DNA of 64,000 nucleotides from the NCBI GenBank assembly GCA_043228905.1, contig JBHGNT010000008.1, forward strand, positions 16,988,001-17,052,000, read 5' to 3'. Under the pieces are notes generated by a model. That model was not told the origin of the DNA, made no database searches, and was given only the letters and a program-made list of their open reading frames with translations. The translations under genes were made by a program, and so were the position numbers. Positions within the stretch are counted from its first letter, which is position 1, and every line of letters starts with the position of its first letter. This DNA is from Azolla caroliniana (lineage: Eukaryota; Plantae; Polypodiophyta). This document shows positions 22,657 to 36,002 of this stretch, piece after piece.

Positions 22657-25600
22657 TTACGCTACGGGTTCTTCGGCTTTGTCTCGTTCGGCGGTGAATG
22701 GGTTAGGTGGTGTAGGGCCCAGGTAAGGTTTGAGCCGAAACCCATTCACTTTTTGCCGTACTATTTCTCTAGCCAGTGTTCCTAGTTGGAATGTGCCCTG
22801 TTCCGCTCCAATTATCCAGTATGGGCCGGTCCAGCGGAAACGTAGCTTACCCGGCATCTGGCCCATGCGTGTTTGAAAAACTAGCACCACTCGGCCCACG
22901 GCGAACTCCTTTTCCCTTGCGCTCCAATGCCGATTGATGAATGCTTTACGTCGTCGCTATTCTTTTTCCAACACAACCATGCTGTGGACGCATTTCTCCC
23001 CTAGTTTGAGGAGTTGGTAGAGTCGTTCCTCCTCTGACTTGGCTTCTGATAATCGGTTCCGTACCTGAATGCGCAAACTAGGTACCCGGAATTCGACCGG
23101 CATTACTGCTTCTAGTCCAAACGCTAGCCGGAACGGTGTTGACCGTATGCTTGTTTTGTAACTCGTTTTGTACGCCCATAACGCGCTCTGGAGTTTGGTA
23201 TCCCAGTCCGTTTTGTTTTCATTGACGGTTTTCTTTAAAATGTTCTGTAAAGTTTTGTTCGTGGATTCCGCTAATCCATTCGCTTGCGGGTAGTATGGCG
23301 TGCTTTTCTTGTGGACAACTGCATAATGATGTGTTAGTTCCCGAACCACCGTATTGAGGAAGTGGCTCCCCTGGTCACTGATGAGCTCAATCGGGCAGCC
23401 GAATCGGCACCAGATGTGCTCGTACAGAAATTTGGCTGTGACGGTCGCCATATTTTCCCGTAGTGCCTTTGCTTCTACCCATTTGGTACAGTAGTCCGTG
23501 GCTACCAATATGTATTTGTGTACAGGCTGCTGCTGGTGTGAAGGGCCCCACAAAATCCAATCCCCACTTTTGGAAGGGGTCCAGTGGTAGCACAGGTTGG
23601 TGTGGCATCCTTGCGTCCTCCGCGGGCTACCCCATCCGCTGGCACAAATCACACTTTCTACAATACTCAGATGTGTCCTGTGTTGTTGGCCACCATCAGC
23701 CCGCCTGCCATACTTTGCGGGCTGTCACGTTGCCTGCGTAATGGCCGTCGGCCATGCCGCAGTGTGCCTCCTGTAACACTGCTTCTTTTTCATCCTGACG
23801 GACTCCCCGTCACCAAATGCCGTCACTTCCTTTGTGATATAAATACCCTTCGACTAGGCAGAAGTGACGGCTTCGGACGGCTAGTCGTTTCTTCTCGTCT
23901 GTGCGTAATTGTGGTGGAGGTAGTCTTGTAGTCAAAAAGTACGTCATTTCCATAAGCCATCGATCCGGAAAGGTGGATTCCGTTTTTTCTGCAATCGTCG
24001 CTACTCGCCAGATGTCGGCGTTCAGAAAATCGTCGTCGTCTTTCTGTACTGTTTCTCCACTCTCAAGTCTGCTCAAAAAATCCGCCACTGCGTGTTGCGT
24101 CCCTGGCCGGTGCTGAATTACGAACTCGAATTCTTGGAGCAACAGCATTCACCACACCAATTTCCCTGTCAGGGCTTGTTTCTCTACCAAATACAATAAT
24201 GCCGAATGATCCACATGGAACGTGAATTTCCGTCCTGGTAAATAATGTCGGAATTTATTGATGCTATAGATTATCCCTAGCACCTCCCGCTCTGTTGTGG
24301 AATAGTTACGCTCTGCTGCTGATAATTTACAACTTGCGTAGTATATTGGCATGTACCAGTTTGGTTTGGTGAGTTGCATTAGCGCGCTTCCTATTGTTGT
24401 GTTCGAGGCGTCGACGAACATGTGAAATGGTTTCGCCCAAACTGGAGGTTGTACTATGGGGGCCTGTGTAAGCATTATCTTCAGTGCCTCATATGCCTTA
24501 TCCTCTGTTGCAGTCCATTGAAAAGGAGTCTGATGTACGGCAGCGTGTAGTGGCGTGGCGAAGTCCGCCAAATACCGTATCATCTGACTATGCCACCGTA
24601 TTTGGCCCAAAACCGGCTAAGTGCTTTGGCATTTGTCGGAGTTTTAGCTTGCATAATAGCGGAGATCTTGTTTCGGTCGACTGTTATTCCTTCCTTGCTG
24701 ACTATGTGGCCTAGGAGAGCCCCGCTGGTCACGCTGAATGCACATTTCGCGGGATTCAGGCTTAAGCGTGCAGTGCGGCAACGTTCCAGGCAAAGACGTA
24801 AGTGCGAGAAATGGTCTTTTGTTCGCCCATATACCGCAAAATTGTCTAAAAAGACTTGCATGAACGCCGGAATGTATTCCCCAAAGATCTCCGTAATCGT
24901 TCATTGGAATGTTGCCGGTGTTGTCTTTAGGCCAAACATCATGACGACCGCCACATATACTCCCCAGTCCGTGACAAATGTCGTCTTCTCTTGGTCGTCG
25001 GGATGCATGCGCACTTGGTTATAGCCACTGAAGCCATCTAAGAAACTGTACATCTCATGGCCTGCGACGGCGTCCAGCACACTATCAGTGAAGGGTAAGG
25101 GAAATGCGTTTGTAATGGTTACGGCATTTGATTTTCGGTAATCCACGCATACCCGTATTTTGTCGTTTTTCTTTGGGACAACCACTATCGGGCTAAGCCA
25201 TGTCGCTTGTTTTACTGGTCGTATGAACCCAGCCCTTAGCAGCTTGTCAATTTCTTCTTTCACGCAGGTCGCGTAATTGGGGTTCATGCGGTAGCGACGT
25301 TGTTGGACAGGTTTCGCGTTTGTTGCTAAATTGATCTTATGCTGATAGAACTTGGGATCTAACCCCTTCATGTCCTCATGAGCCCATGCGAACACATCTT
25401 TATATTCTATGAGTAGTGCGATCATTGTGGTTCTCTGGTCCGGCCTCAATTCCTTTGCTATGGAGAGGAATCGGGGTTCCGATCCCGTACCCACGTTCAC
25501 TTCGTCGAGAGCGGAAGCGGTGACCCATCGTGAAATCTCCATTTCCCTTTCGAAGGCCACCCATGCTTTGCTGAGTTCCAATATGGACTCTGGCTTTGGT

Positions 25601-28054
25601 TCGTACGGCTCTTCGCTTGGAACAATGGTCGTAGTATATTTTGCCGCAGTTGCGATGACATCTATCTCGAACAGCGGAATAATTCAAGGATGTTCGTCAA
25701 GGTACGCTTCCAATTCGGCATCCTCCACCCCAGCCAGCATATTGATGTCTTCCGCATATAACGGTGTTATCCCCTTAGGTTGGGGCGTGTTGCCTTCCGT
25801 AGGCACACGAACCTTGATGCATTCCTACCGGAAACTGATACACTCGTGTTGCCAGCTCTGCTTGATATTTGCTGTTCGAAGCCACAGTTTGCCCAGAAGC
25901 ACTGGGTACCCTCCAGGCGCGTACAAAGCGAGGACAACCGCCGATATGTTGAAGCGGTGTCCGCCCACGATGATGCCTATTTTGCGAATTAGCCCCAACG
26001 GCCGCACTGATCGGGTATCTGCCATGCGAAGCTAGAATGGACACGCCTCCCATTCGAAAATGCCCAGTTGTTCGCAAGTTTTCGCGCTAATCACATTGAC
26101 GCCTGAGCCGCCGTCGATTACACATCCAGGGACTTTCTGTCCGTGCAATATTACTGTAATGGCCGGGTTGTGTTGATCTACCACTGGTGGTCCCTCGCTG
26201 ACGTCAGTCAGGTTTGTGGCAACGCTTGACCCGGTCATGCCCGCCACCTGTGCTTCCATGGTCTGGCGGAAACGTGGAACTAGTTGTAGCAGTTTTTCTA
26301 TAGTTAGCGTGATTTCACAGCCCGTTAACACCTGCCAAATGGGGTTCGGCCCCGTTTTTTCGTTCTCTGTTTGCTTCATTGCATTCACGGACTCCTACCT
26401 CATACGTTCCGTATTGGCCGCGTTTGCTTTTTCCACCCAGGCTTGGGCTTGTCGGCGTACCTCGTCCTGCGCAGCCCAATCCACCGTTTTCGTTTGTTGG
26501 CGTGTGGTGACTTGTTGCACCTCCGTCGTAATCGTGTTGACGGTGGGCCCCTTTCCCTTGCGTGTTGGGCATTGTGTGGCATAATGTCCGGGTTGCTGAC
26601 AAATAAAACAGTGGATGCTTGATTCTCCCTTCTCAGCCCCAGGTGGAGTGTGCCGTTCTCCGGGCGCTACTTGCTCTTCGAGGTCCGGCCTCGTTTGTCG
26701 AGACGTACGCGGTGGCTGCTGTTGATCCCGTTGTTGTTCCTGGTGTCGCTCATCCCCCGAGCTTTCGTCGTAACGCCGGTGATCCCTATATTGTCGAGGC
26801 TTACCTCGATAGCCATTGAAGCCGCCCCGTTTGTTCATCGGGCGTTGATGTTTGTATCGCCGGCCTCCTTTGGCGTAACTCGGATGTCCACGATAATCCT
26901 CGTCCTCCGGGTCCTCCTCCTCGGACTCGTTGTGATTTCGGCGATTCCGGTTCTACCTATCCTCCCGCGGGTTGCGATCCCTATACCGAGGCCGGTCTTC
27001 TTGCCTCTTTTGTTCCACCCGATGTGGTTGCCGTTGTGTCCATGCTGCAGACCGCGGGCGTGGCTCTATTTAACATATTGTACTCGCATTGGTCAACTGT
27101 GTGAACCTTCGAGTGGCAGATTGGGCAATGGATTCGCATATTGCACTCCACCGCGGAATGCCCCGAGTTCAAGCAAATCGTACACTGGATTGCTTGACGA
27201 AATTGGCGTTCCTCATCTTGAGGTAACGCTTGTCGTAAGGATGACATCGAAAACCTCTCCTCCTCATCATCCAACTCGAGTTGTAACGCTCGTTCAATCA
27301 CCATATCTGTTGTTTCCCCTTTCACACTATTGTTGTTGAGTGTTGCCTTGATGGGCCGGTGTAACGCTGCCAGAAATGTTTCCCGTGCCTCCTCCTCCGC
27401 AGGGCTTCGATCTAGTTTCCGTCATAAATTTTGGAACCGTAAGCGGAAGTCTGCTATTGTCTCGGTCGGTAGTTGCTTAATTGTATAAAACTGCCCGAGA
27501 ATCTCGCATTGTGGAACCCTCCGGTGAAAAAAACGCAAGAAGGCGGACTGGAGCTGATCGAAGGTTGTTATGGCCGGTAAATCCATCTGTGAATGCCAGA
27601 ACACCGCACGCCCATCTAATGTTAATCCGAACTCCGTCATTTTCAACTGGTGTGCCACCGTCTCGGAAAGGTTCTGTGCCATGTGGTTCGCATTCCAAAC
27701 GTTCAAGAACATGCGAACATGAGTTGCAGCGTCGGTTTCGCCGTTAAAGCGGGGGTAGGCAAAGGCCATCGTGGGAGCTACGGGGGATCGGAGAAGGTCA
27801 CCGGGAGGCTGCGGTAAGCGTGGTCCCCTCGCCTCGTCGAGGTATTTGGGGAGCAAGGACTCCTCTTTGCGCTCCTGGCAGGTATTACTGGGGTCGCCGA
27901 TGCATGGCTTTTGCCGAGCGCGCTCTTCTGCCTGGCGTGTGACGGACCTTGTTACTGGCCGGTCTTGTCTTGTTGGTTCTCTGAGTCGTCTGCGGCTAAA
28001 CATCCATTCGTTGTTGCTCGTCTGTGAGGAAACACAGATCACCGGGCGTGCCAA
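22657..28054 (-). pseudogene. Gag-Pol of element E (multiple stops and frameshifts)
   Basis: Three CCHC knuckles, protease VIDGGSGVN, RT FLDGFSGYNQ and FLDNF, RNase H FVDAS..VDHSAL, integrase LISDQG..NGLAE, WTGPY. Confidence 0.93.
28040..28053 (-). other. Primer binding site TGGCACGCCCGGTG (tRNA-Arg type)
   Basis: 4 nt inside the 5' LTR end; starts TGG; matches my recollection of the plant tRNA-Arg(UCU) 3' end. Confidence 0.85.
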
Positions 28055-28057
28055 AAG

Positions 28058-28496
28058 TGTTGCCTCTTAGGAAACACGGGCCGTGGTCAGTCCTTCGACC
28101 TAGACCCCAAGGTGGGTGTGGAACAACGAACCTAGCTTAATCGTACTACGTAAGGCGAGAACCTCTGTGACTCCGCTATGTGTAAGGGGAGACGGCTACA
28201 ACCGACTCCTTCTCACAGGTTGCACTTACGTACTACTACAATTACGTATCCGAGACACAGACACTGAATTAGTCGTAGCTATACACAAACTCAGAGAAGA
28301 TAGTATTCTATTATCAGGCGTTCTTTTTACAATTCCAAAAATTTACACACCTCCTTACGAGGTTTTCTGCCCTTTATATATGCAGGGTCTAATTAGCCGT
28401 TCACGCGTACCCGCGTGAACCGTTACATACGTTACGCTTTATATAGTTTCTTATTCCTACGCTTTTGGCCGTCGGTTACTATTCCGGCGGACAACA
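28058..28496 (-). repeat. 5' LTR of element E
   Basis: Direct repeat of 19072-19506. Confidence 0.96.
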
Positions 28497-31400
28497 TGGG
28501 TCAACGTCTTTGTCAACATATTTGGGTCTCTCTCTCTCTACCCTCTCACTATATTATATTACGTGTGTTGCACTAAAGTACAAAACCATATTCTCCTACG
28601 AACAAGCAAACCACAATCACCAATACATGTTGTAGCCCATCCCTTTGTTTGTCATCTACACCATCACTCCATCCATACAACTTAGGTCGCCTTCTCTTCG
28701 ATGTGAGATCGATTGGAACGACGTAAGCAAGAAGGCTTGTTGACTCAACATATTTTTCCATCAATAGGTTTTGATGCTTTGAGTATCACACTTGAATTCA
28801 ATGATTTTGTCTTACCATTGACCACATTCGAGTTTGCTTCTACACATTATCAATCGAACCCACTTTGTACACAATTTCCTCACATAGTCACAATGTGCAC
28901 TATCAATTGTCACTTCAATTAGTACAATGCTTGAACATGGAGAGTCACTCCTCAATTCCATGGGTATGGAAAAATGTTTCATCTTTTTGTCCCATAGTTC
29001 ATATTTGACATATTAGGACAATAATAAAGTCAATTTATCTATCTATAAACTCTAGGACTTTATTGCAACATTAAATATTATGATCATAGACTACAATAGA
29101 GATTGCATCCTTATAACAATGTGGATTAAACCATCAGTAGCATACAACTCATTACCAATCTCTATATCAATAAAGTTGAGTTGTTTCGTAACCATCACAT
29201 CTTCGGTTGTGTGACCTCCCATACTTGTTGCTCATAGTCTCGAAGTTGCATATTGTTAGTCATTGATCTTTCTTTTTTGTGTCTTTGGGATTGCATGTAC
29301 TTTCTTTCATGTATCCTTACCTTTCTTAATCACTTTTACACCTTTGTTGTCCCTTTGAGAATTGGTTCAATCCCTCCCACTCGCACACTCAAAAATCTCA
29401 TTTGCCACATCTAATATAAGAATTTAATATCAAGTTTAGGTATAAAAGATTCACATTTAAGCGGAAACTTGGTTAGTAGTTACAATTGAATACTAGCAAC
29501 TTGGTTAGCATTACGTTTTTATTGCAAATGTGGACATTTGTAAACAAATTAGGGCTTGGTTGTTTATGAAACAACTCCATGATATAGACAATCCATAAAG
29601 GCATAGTTTATGTAATTGCCGATATCAATAACATATTTGCCATGTACTTCAAATGATTTGATAACTAGAATTGTGTACAAGATCAATGTTATTACTCATA
29701 ATGAGTATATATTAAACTTATGATTAACATTTTACAAAAATATTTTACAACAGTAAAGGTATGCATAATGATTAATATTTTGAGGACAACGAAAATTATT
29801 GTTTTTTTTTCCAACATGAACCTACATTCCCATTAGTTAGGAAGGATTATTACAAGGAGACTATACAAGGAGGCTTATACACAAATCGGGGAATCTCCCT
29901 CCGATCAAGTTCAAGAAAAGTTGGCTATGAAGGATACTTAAAGTATTTTGGATTTCCTCATAATTAATTTTGTCAAATGCTCATGGGGGTTAGACACTTC
30001 TTGACAAATAAATTATTTCACACTTAGACTCGGGTAACACTTAGAATTCTTGGCAAGTAAGAAGTTAAACGTTAAAATCTACGATAAAGTTAGAATTTAC
30101 TCAGATGACACTTAGAAGGTTTTAATGGGAATACACATTTACATGTAAAGTTTGTTGTATATTCTTTAAATATTTTTTGAGACTTCCTTGAATGACATTG
30201 TTTCGTTATGTTCATTATTGAAATATTGTGTCTTTGCACATTTCACCAACCATACATACACTTATATACTGATGGGATCTATGCACAATATGTATTTAGC
30301 TATTGAGCGCCCCTTTGATTTCCACATTTTTTGGAGGGGATTCTATACCTGATATTTAGCAAATCTGGGTCATAGTATAAATGTCGAGACATATAGCGGC
30401 CACATAAATATATTCAAAGTTTGTACACTAGAAAAAGAAAAGATATTAGGGTAAGATTAGAGTCAAGCAAAAGACAGAGATTAGGTACAAAAAAGAGATG
30501 TTAGGGCAAGAACGAATAAGGTTGTCGAACAAGAAGTGGAGATATGGTTTTGGACCTTAATAAATTTTTTACCTCACTAGATTTACACGAAGGCCATAAT
30601 GGTCCTTTGTGTATGAGAAATATCTTGAATTTGGTGTGAGGTACCAAAACACAAATAGACTAACTCTTTATATACATATTGTGAAGGGACACCATTATAT
30701 GGAATCTATTTTTTCTATATTATAATAGCAAGCTCAAACTATATATCCATGGTCCCAACATGCCTGCAAAGTACAAATTACTCCATACAGTGTTTGTACA
30801 CAACCTTTTGACACGTCGCCCTACAAAACTCAAGGAATGTACTTCAAACACATAACATGGTGAGTTAGTTGTCTTGAAAATCTAGTAAAATGGAGAGCCA
30901 CAGCCCACGAACCACGATGTTTCATAATGGTAGAAAGTGAAGTGTACAGTAAATACCCAGACAATGTCATTTCAAGAGCTCGCAAGTTTTTAGGACAAAA
31001 TGATTGAATCTATAATCACATTTGTTAAATACCCTCTAGTATACATTTCAAGGGAGCATACGGCAAGTACCCAGACAATGTCATTGCAGGGGGCTCACAA
31101 GTTTTTATGAAAAAATGGTCGAAGTTATATATGTATCATAATCGAGCATTGGCATTCATACTTAGTTGCCACACGTTTGAGTCGCTTAAAATTAGTGTAA
31201 GTGAAACTCGTTTTTCATTTTTCATTTCCAAATTTCTAGTTTTCAACTCTCAACCTTTCATCTTCTCCTTCTACACCCAACTTATGGCATAAACTAAGTA
31301 ATCCATTTATAGAAGAGAGTCCTTCCACCATATTCGTGAGGAGAATTAAAAAGGAGATCAAGAAGTTATTATGGTACCAATGCACTATCGGAAAAGGACG

Positions 31401-34027
31401 AGATCCAAGAGAGTTACCATCATGACTAAGGACATGTCGTTAACACGTCATTATCTAAGGTTGGATCCTTTATATATGGTTTTGTAAAATTGTTCCAACC
31501 CATCATTGATATATGTAATACTTTTTGACATTATAAATAAAATGTTTTTTGATGCATAATCACCATGCATCCTATCATAACTTTGATAGAATCAAATAGG
31601 CCTTGTCTTTCTACTAGTCTCATCAAATAATTTTTACTGTTTACAAAAATGTCATAGTGACACCCACATCTGAAAAGATAGCTAACCTGCATACTCACTA
31701 TTACAATATGTGTAGGTGGGTATCAAAGGTATGCAAAAACAAAACGTGTAAAATTTAAGGTAAAAATTCTAAGTATCAAGCCTTTGTGTCCTCCTCACGA
31801 GGTTAATATAATTGCACATTTGTTGTTGCATGTTTGTAAGGATTTTGTTATCAACAAATATGCATAGCTACCATGTGTAACTATGAAATTAATCTATATA
31901 TATTTACTTGTGTGCGTGCATATTTCATATATAACATGACATTATGTACATACTACAATTTGTAGTTCTAGTACAAATAGAAACTTGATCTAAAGAGAAT
32001 ACTCAATAGTGAATTGTGAAAACACATTTCACACTAGGAGTCTCAAAACAATAGACATTGATCCTGTCCCCCCAAGGCTTACCTACCTTTAGGCCTCATA
32101 AATGAATAAAAGTGAACAGGACAAACACACCTCTAGGGATTGGTTGAACGTTCCTGACGAAAAGAATAAAACAACAATAAGTTAGGAATAGCATTAATAT
32201 TGGAAGTGTAATAGAAAGACATTAATTGTTACACAGGAGATTAACACACCAATATAAATCATGATATTGCAAAAACTATATTTAAGAGCTTATGATTAGG
32301 GAAAGTAGCATGATTGGCTTCAAAAATAAATAGTGCAATAGGGAATATAAAAACATGGGTTAACACGAAGATGCAACCTTAAGACGAAAGAGAGACATAA
32401 ATAGATCGGTTTTATTATCGTCGTTAAAGGTCAAATATAACATATTAAACCAAAATGAAACATTTTCACATAGTCTGGGTAGAGTTGGGTAGTGAATTTG
32501 GATTTTGCCACAACGTTTGTATTGATTGTATTTTCAATGCTTTTAGTAGTCAAAATGTAGGAATGTGTGTGTGTGTGTGTCCCAATCACGGTTTCCGAAA
32601 TCTTAACACAACAAGGTGCACGTCAATCACAAGTATATCATGGATTCATGCAACACCAAACCACTACTTTATAAATGTCAATATTTGATATTAGTTTTGC
32701 CAAGGTGTGTATGTTAACTTTGTATATGTTGCATGGTCGTATTCGGCCTTGGTGGACTATGTAAACGGCATAATAAAGTGGACTTACACCATGCCTAAAT
32801 GGCTATATCTGCCTTGGCAGCCCAACTAGGAAGGTACATGGTATTTTCCTGAAATTTTGTAGGTGAAGGGATGATCAACAAAAATTGGTGGTCCCAGAAT
32901 ATATGAAGATTACAATATCTTTTTGTTGTTTTAGAGGAGTTCACTAATAAATAGAGAGGAGTGTGCCAGATAGGGTAATGTGGTAGATAGAATTGTTAAG
33001 TGTCTATGATTACATTACTAGTGTACATATCGGACTATAAAGACACTTTACCTAACTAATGGGAAACTCCCTTTCTTTGGAGAAAAAAAACTTTGTATAT
33101 GTTGACTAATTTCTATTAACTGGTCTATTAGGTGGATGGCCTTGCCTTTTAATTTTGTAGTGAACCTCAAAATATGTATAAAAGTGAGTAATATTCACTC
33201 TTTTATTTCTCTCATTTCATTATCTTTCTTCATGTAACCTTGGAGAGAGAGAGAAACCAAAGGCCCATAATACATTGGCTTCATTACAAGTTATTCGTCC
33301 TTGGTTTTCGCGATTCATAAGTTTCTCTTGAAAATTATTTCTACTAGGTTTTGTATTTTGCCATTAATCAGATTTAGCAAAGGGAAATTGAAATTATTCA
33401 TGGTATAACTTGTATATTTTTTAGATTTGCATTTATATAGTGAGAAGGAACATGTTGCAAAAACCAAAAAGTTAGCTCCTTATTATCTCTGTCTTGGAAC
33501 TTCCAAGTTGGAAGTAAGGAAAATGAGGAAAACTACAAAACATGTTGGTAGGTCTTTAGTATTATAGGTGGTATATCTACCAAAGAAATGTATTAGAATG
33601 GACAAACAACACTAGATAGATGGTCAAGTGACTACCATAATGAAGGATTTGTTTTACAACAATCTAGTGTGGGTCAATGTTTAAAAGTTTCCACGCATGC
33701 TTTGTATTATAGGAATCATGTTTGTGGAGTTTGGGACTAGGGATTGTAATTGATTGATGATGACCGTATTTATGATGGGATTTATTTAACTCTTTTTGCA
33801 ATCACTTCATTTGTCGTGGGTCACAAGGTGTTGAAGTTATCATGACCAAATTTGTGCATGCTATAAAAGATGTCTGAGGTAATATTGTTGAATGAATGGA
33901 AACATAGGGGCATAAATAAATGTAAACACATTTAGAGCATTGTTGCCAAGAAGAATATGCATGTACAGTACATGTATTGCAATCATCCACACATGAAGTT
34001 GTGTGATCATATATCGAGATAGACAAA

Positions 34028-34520
34028 AATCAAAAAGATCACATATATACAAGCAACATTGTCCACATATGAAGTTGTATGATGCATACCATTGAATAGA
34101 GAGTTGTCGAATACACCAACATGTCAAAAGGGTGCAAAAGATCACATATATACACCAACATTGTCCACATATGAAGTTGTATAATGTGCTCGTCCTGGAA
34201 GACAACTTCTATTTGGTTATTATGGGTGGGATATTGGACTTATGTTCTTCATGTGCTCTTGATTTCATGACGTGGATATTGGCAAGAGCTCTTTGGAACA
34301 TTGGCTTGGATTGTATGATCGAGTATATGAGAGATATAGAGGTTAAATACAAATGTTATTGTCTACATATGATGTTGGCATCATGGGTGAGATATTGAGC
34401 TTATGTTCTTGACTTCATGACATGGATATTAGCAAGAGCTTATTGGAACATTAGTTTGGGTTATATGATCAAGTATAAGAGAGACACAGAAGTTAAATAC
34501 GATTGTCATTGTCTACGTAT
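34028..34520. repeat. Two adjacent local tandem duplications (~105-bp and ~155-bp periods)
   Basis: AAAAGATCACATATATAC..CAACATTGTCCACATATGAAGTTGTAT x2; TTCATGACRTGGATATT.GCAAGAGCT...GTCTAC x2. Confidence 0.75.
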
Positions 34521-36002
34521 CTCCCATATAACGAGAGCGATGAAAGTTGAAGTATGCATGTCACCTACCGCCTACAAGTACACGCAATAGACAATTGGTA
34601 CAAATTTATGTGAATTACACCTTCTCTACAATTTAATCGAGTAGTCGTAACCTAGAAGCAATTATTATTCGTACCCAATGCGAGATCTTAAAGACATCCA
34701 GAGTTGTGAACTTTTTTAGTTGTGTTTCCATTACATTGTGATTGAACCATTCTGGAGGACCAATAGGTATTGTAAAAGCAAGAATAGGGTCTCACACGAT
34801 CTGATTTTTACCTGTCAAAAGCATCGCCTTTTCAAGAAAAATAACCAACACGAAAAGTAGTTCAAGCTGAAAACATCACCTTTCCAAGAAAAGTAACCAA
34901 CATGAAGAAAAGCAATTCTTCAGAAATAATCATATCTTATCAACATTGGCTTGGATAGAAAAGCTACTTAACCTAGTGAAAGAAATTATGCTTTTAATAC
35001 ATGTAATAGAAAGCAACTGCCAAATCTCACACCATATCATCCCTAGTACATGATGTTATCACAAGATGAAAGGAGGTTTTATACTTGATCATTGTACTTT
35101 TTCGATTTTGTTTTTTTTTTCACATATAGTCGCAATCCAAAGTTGCGAATTTTTTACCAGACATGGCAAAATGAATACCCTCTCCCAAACAGTGTCACTG
35201 TCCACACATAATGGTACATGACATGATTTCTACGTAATAAAGAAAATGGTGAAGATGATTCTTTGTGTTCTTTAACCATCGGTAGCAGAGAATTTTTTAT
35301 TTTTCCAAATTTCACGAATCCAGCGATAGGATGAAAAATTTACACATTACAATCAGACAATCCCGATGAATGCCATCAGAAGGATTCAGCGACAATATAC
35401 TTCCACTGTACACATATGTATACATATATTATGATATATATAGATATATGTTGAAACGGCTTAATTTCCGTTCCCATAATAGACGAAAAAGATGAGAATA
35501 AAAAGAAAAGAAAAAGACGAGAGGGCAATTGTAATGTAGCAATGCATGTAGATGCCTCTTAAATTTTTTCCTTAAGAGATGATTTCTCAACCATAACATG
35601 AAGAGAAATGTAGTAGGGTCGCGGATCAATGCTTGTGAACCGCCCCATTTTCCAAGATAAAAAAAAAATGAATGAACAAATGAATTAACTCAGGTGGAAG
35701 CATACACTGAATAATATGATATAAGGAAGGAGGTGGGCAGCATTTGCAGAGTAGAGAACACACAAGAATCTAATGAAGTAAAAAAAGACCCCATGGCCTG
35801 TGTGTGTGTGTTTGGTTTTTGCGATTTTCAGCAGCTTTTTACGATTTTTGCTTCAACATTTCATCATTTGCTGAAAACATTCCAAACCCTTTTCCTCTTC
35901 TTTCAACCCTACACACCAAAAATAAACAAAGATCAATGAAACACATACAAAATTTTCCCGGTTTTTTAAACCCTAACACACACACACACACAACACACTT
36001 AC

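Larger units (their letters stand above)
19072..28496 (-). mobile_element. Complete non-chromovirus Ty3/gypsy element E with large 3' extra ORF
   Basis: LTRs 19072-19506 and 28058-28496 (TG..CA, about 20 substitutions and 2 indels by eye); TSD TGGGT (19067-19071, 28497-28501); gag-PR-RT-RH-IN order. Confidence 0.96.

Noticed and set aside
19072-28496. Element E actually oriented on + because of the PBS after the left LTR
   Set aside because: All ORFs, the TATATAAA box and a proper PBS are on the minus strand
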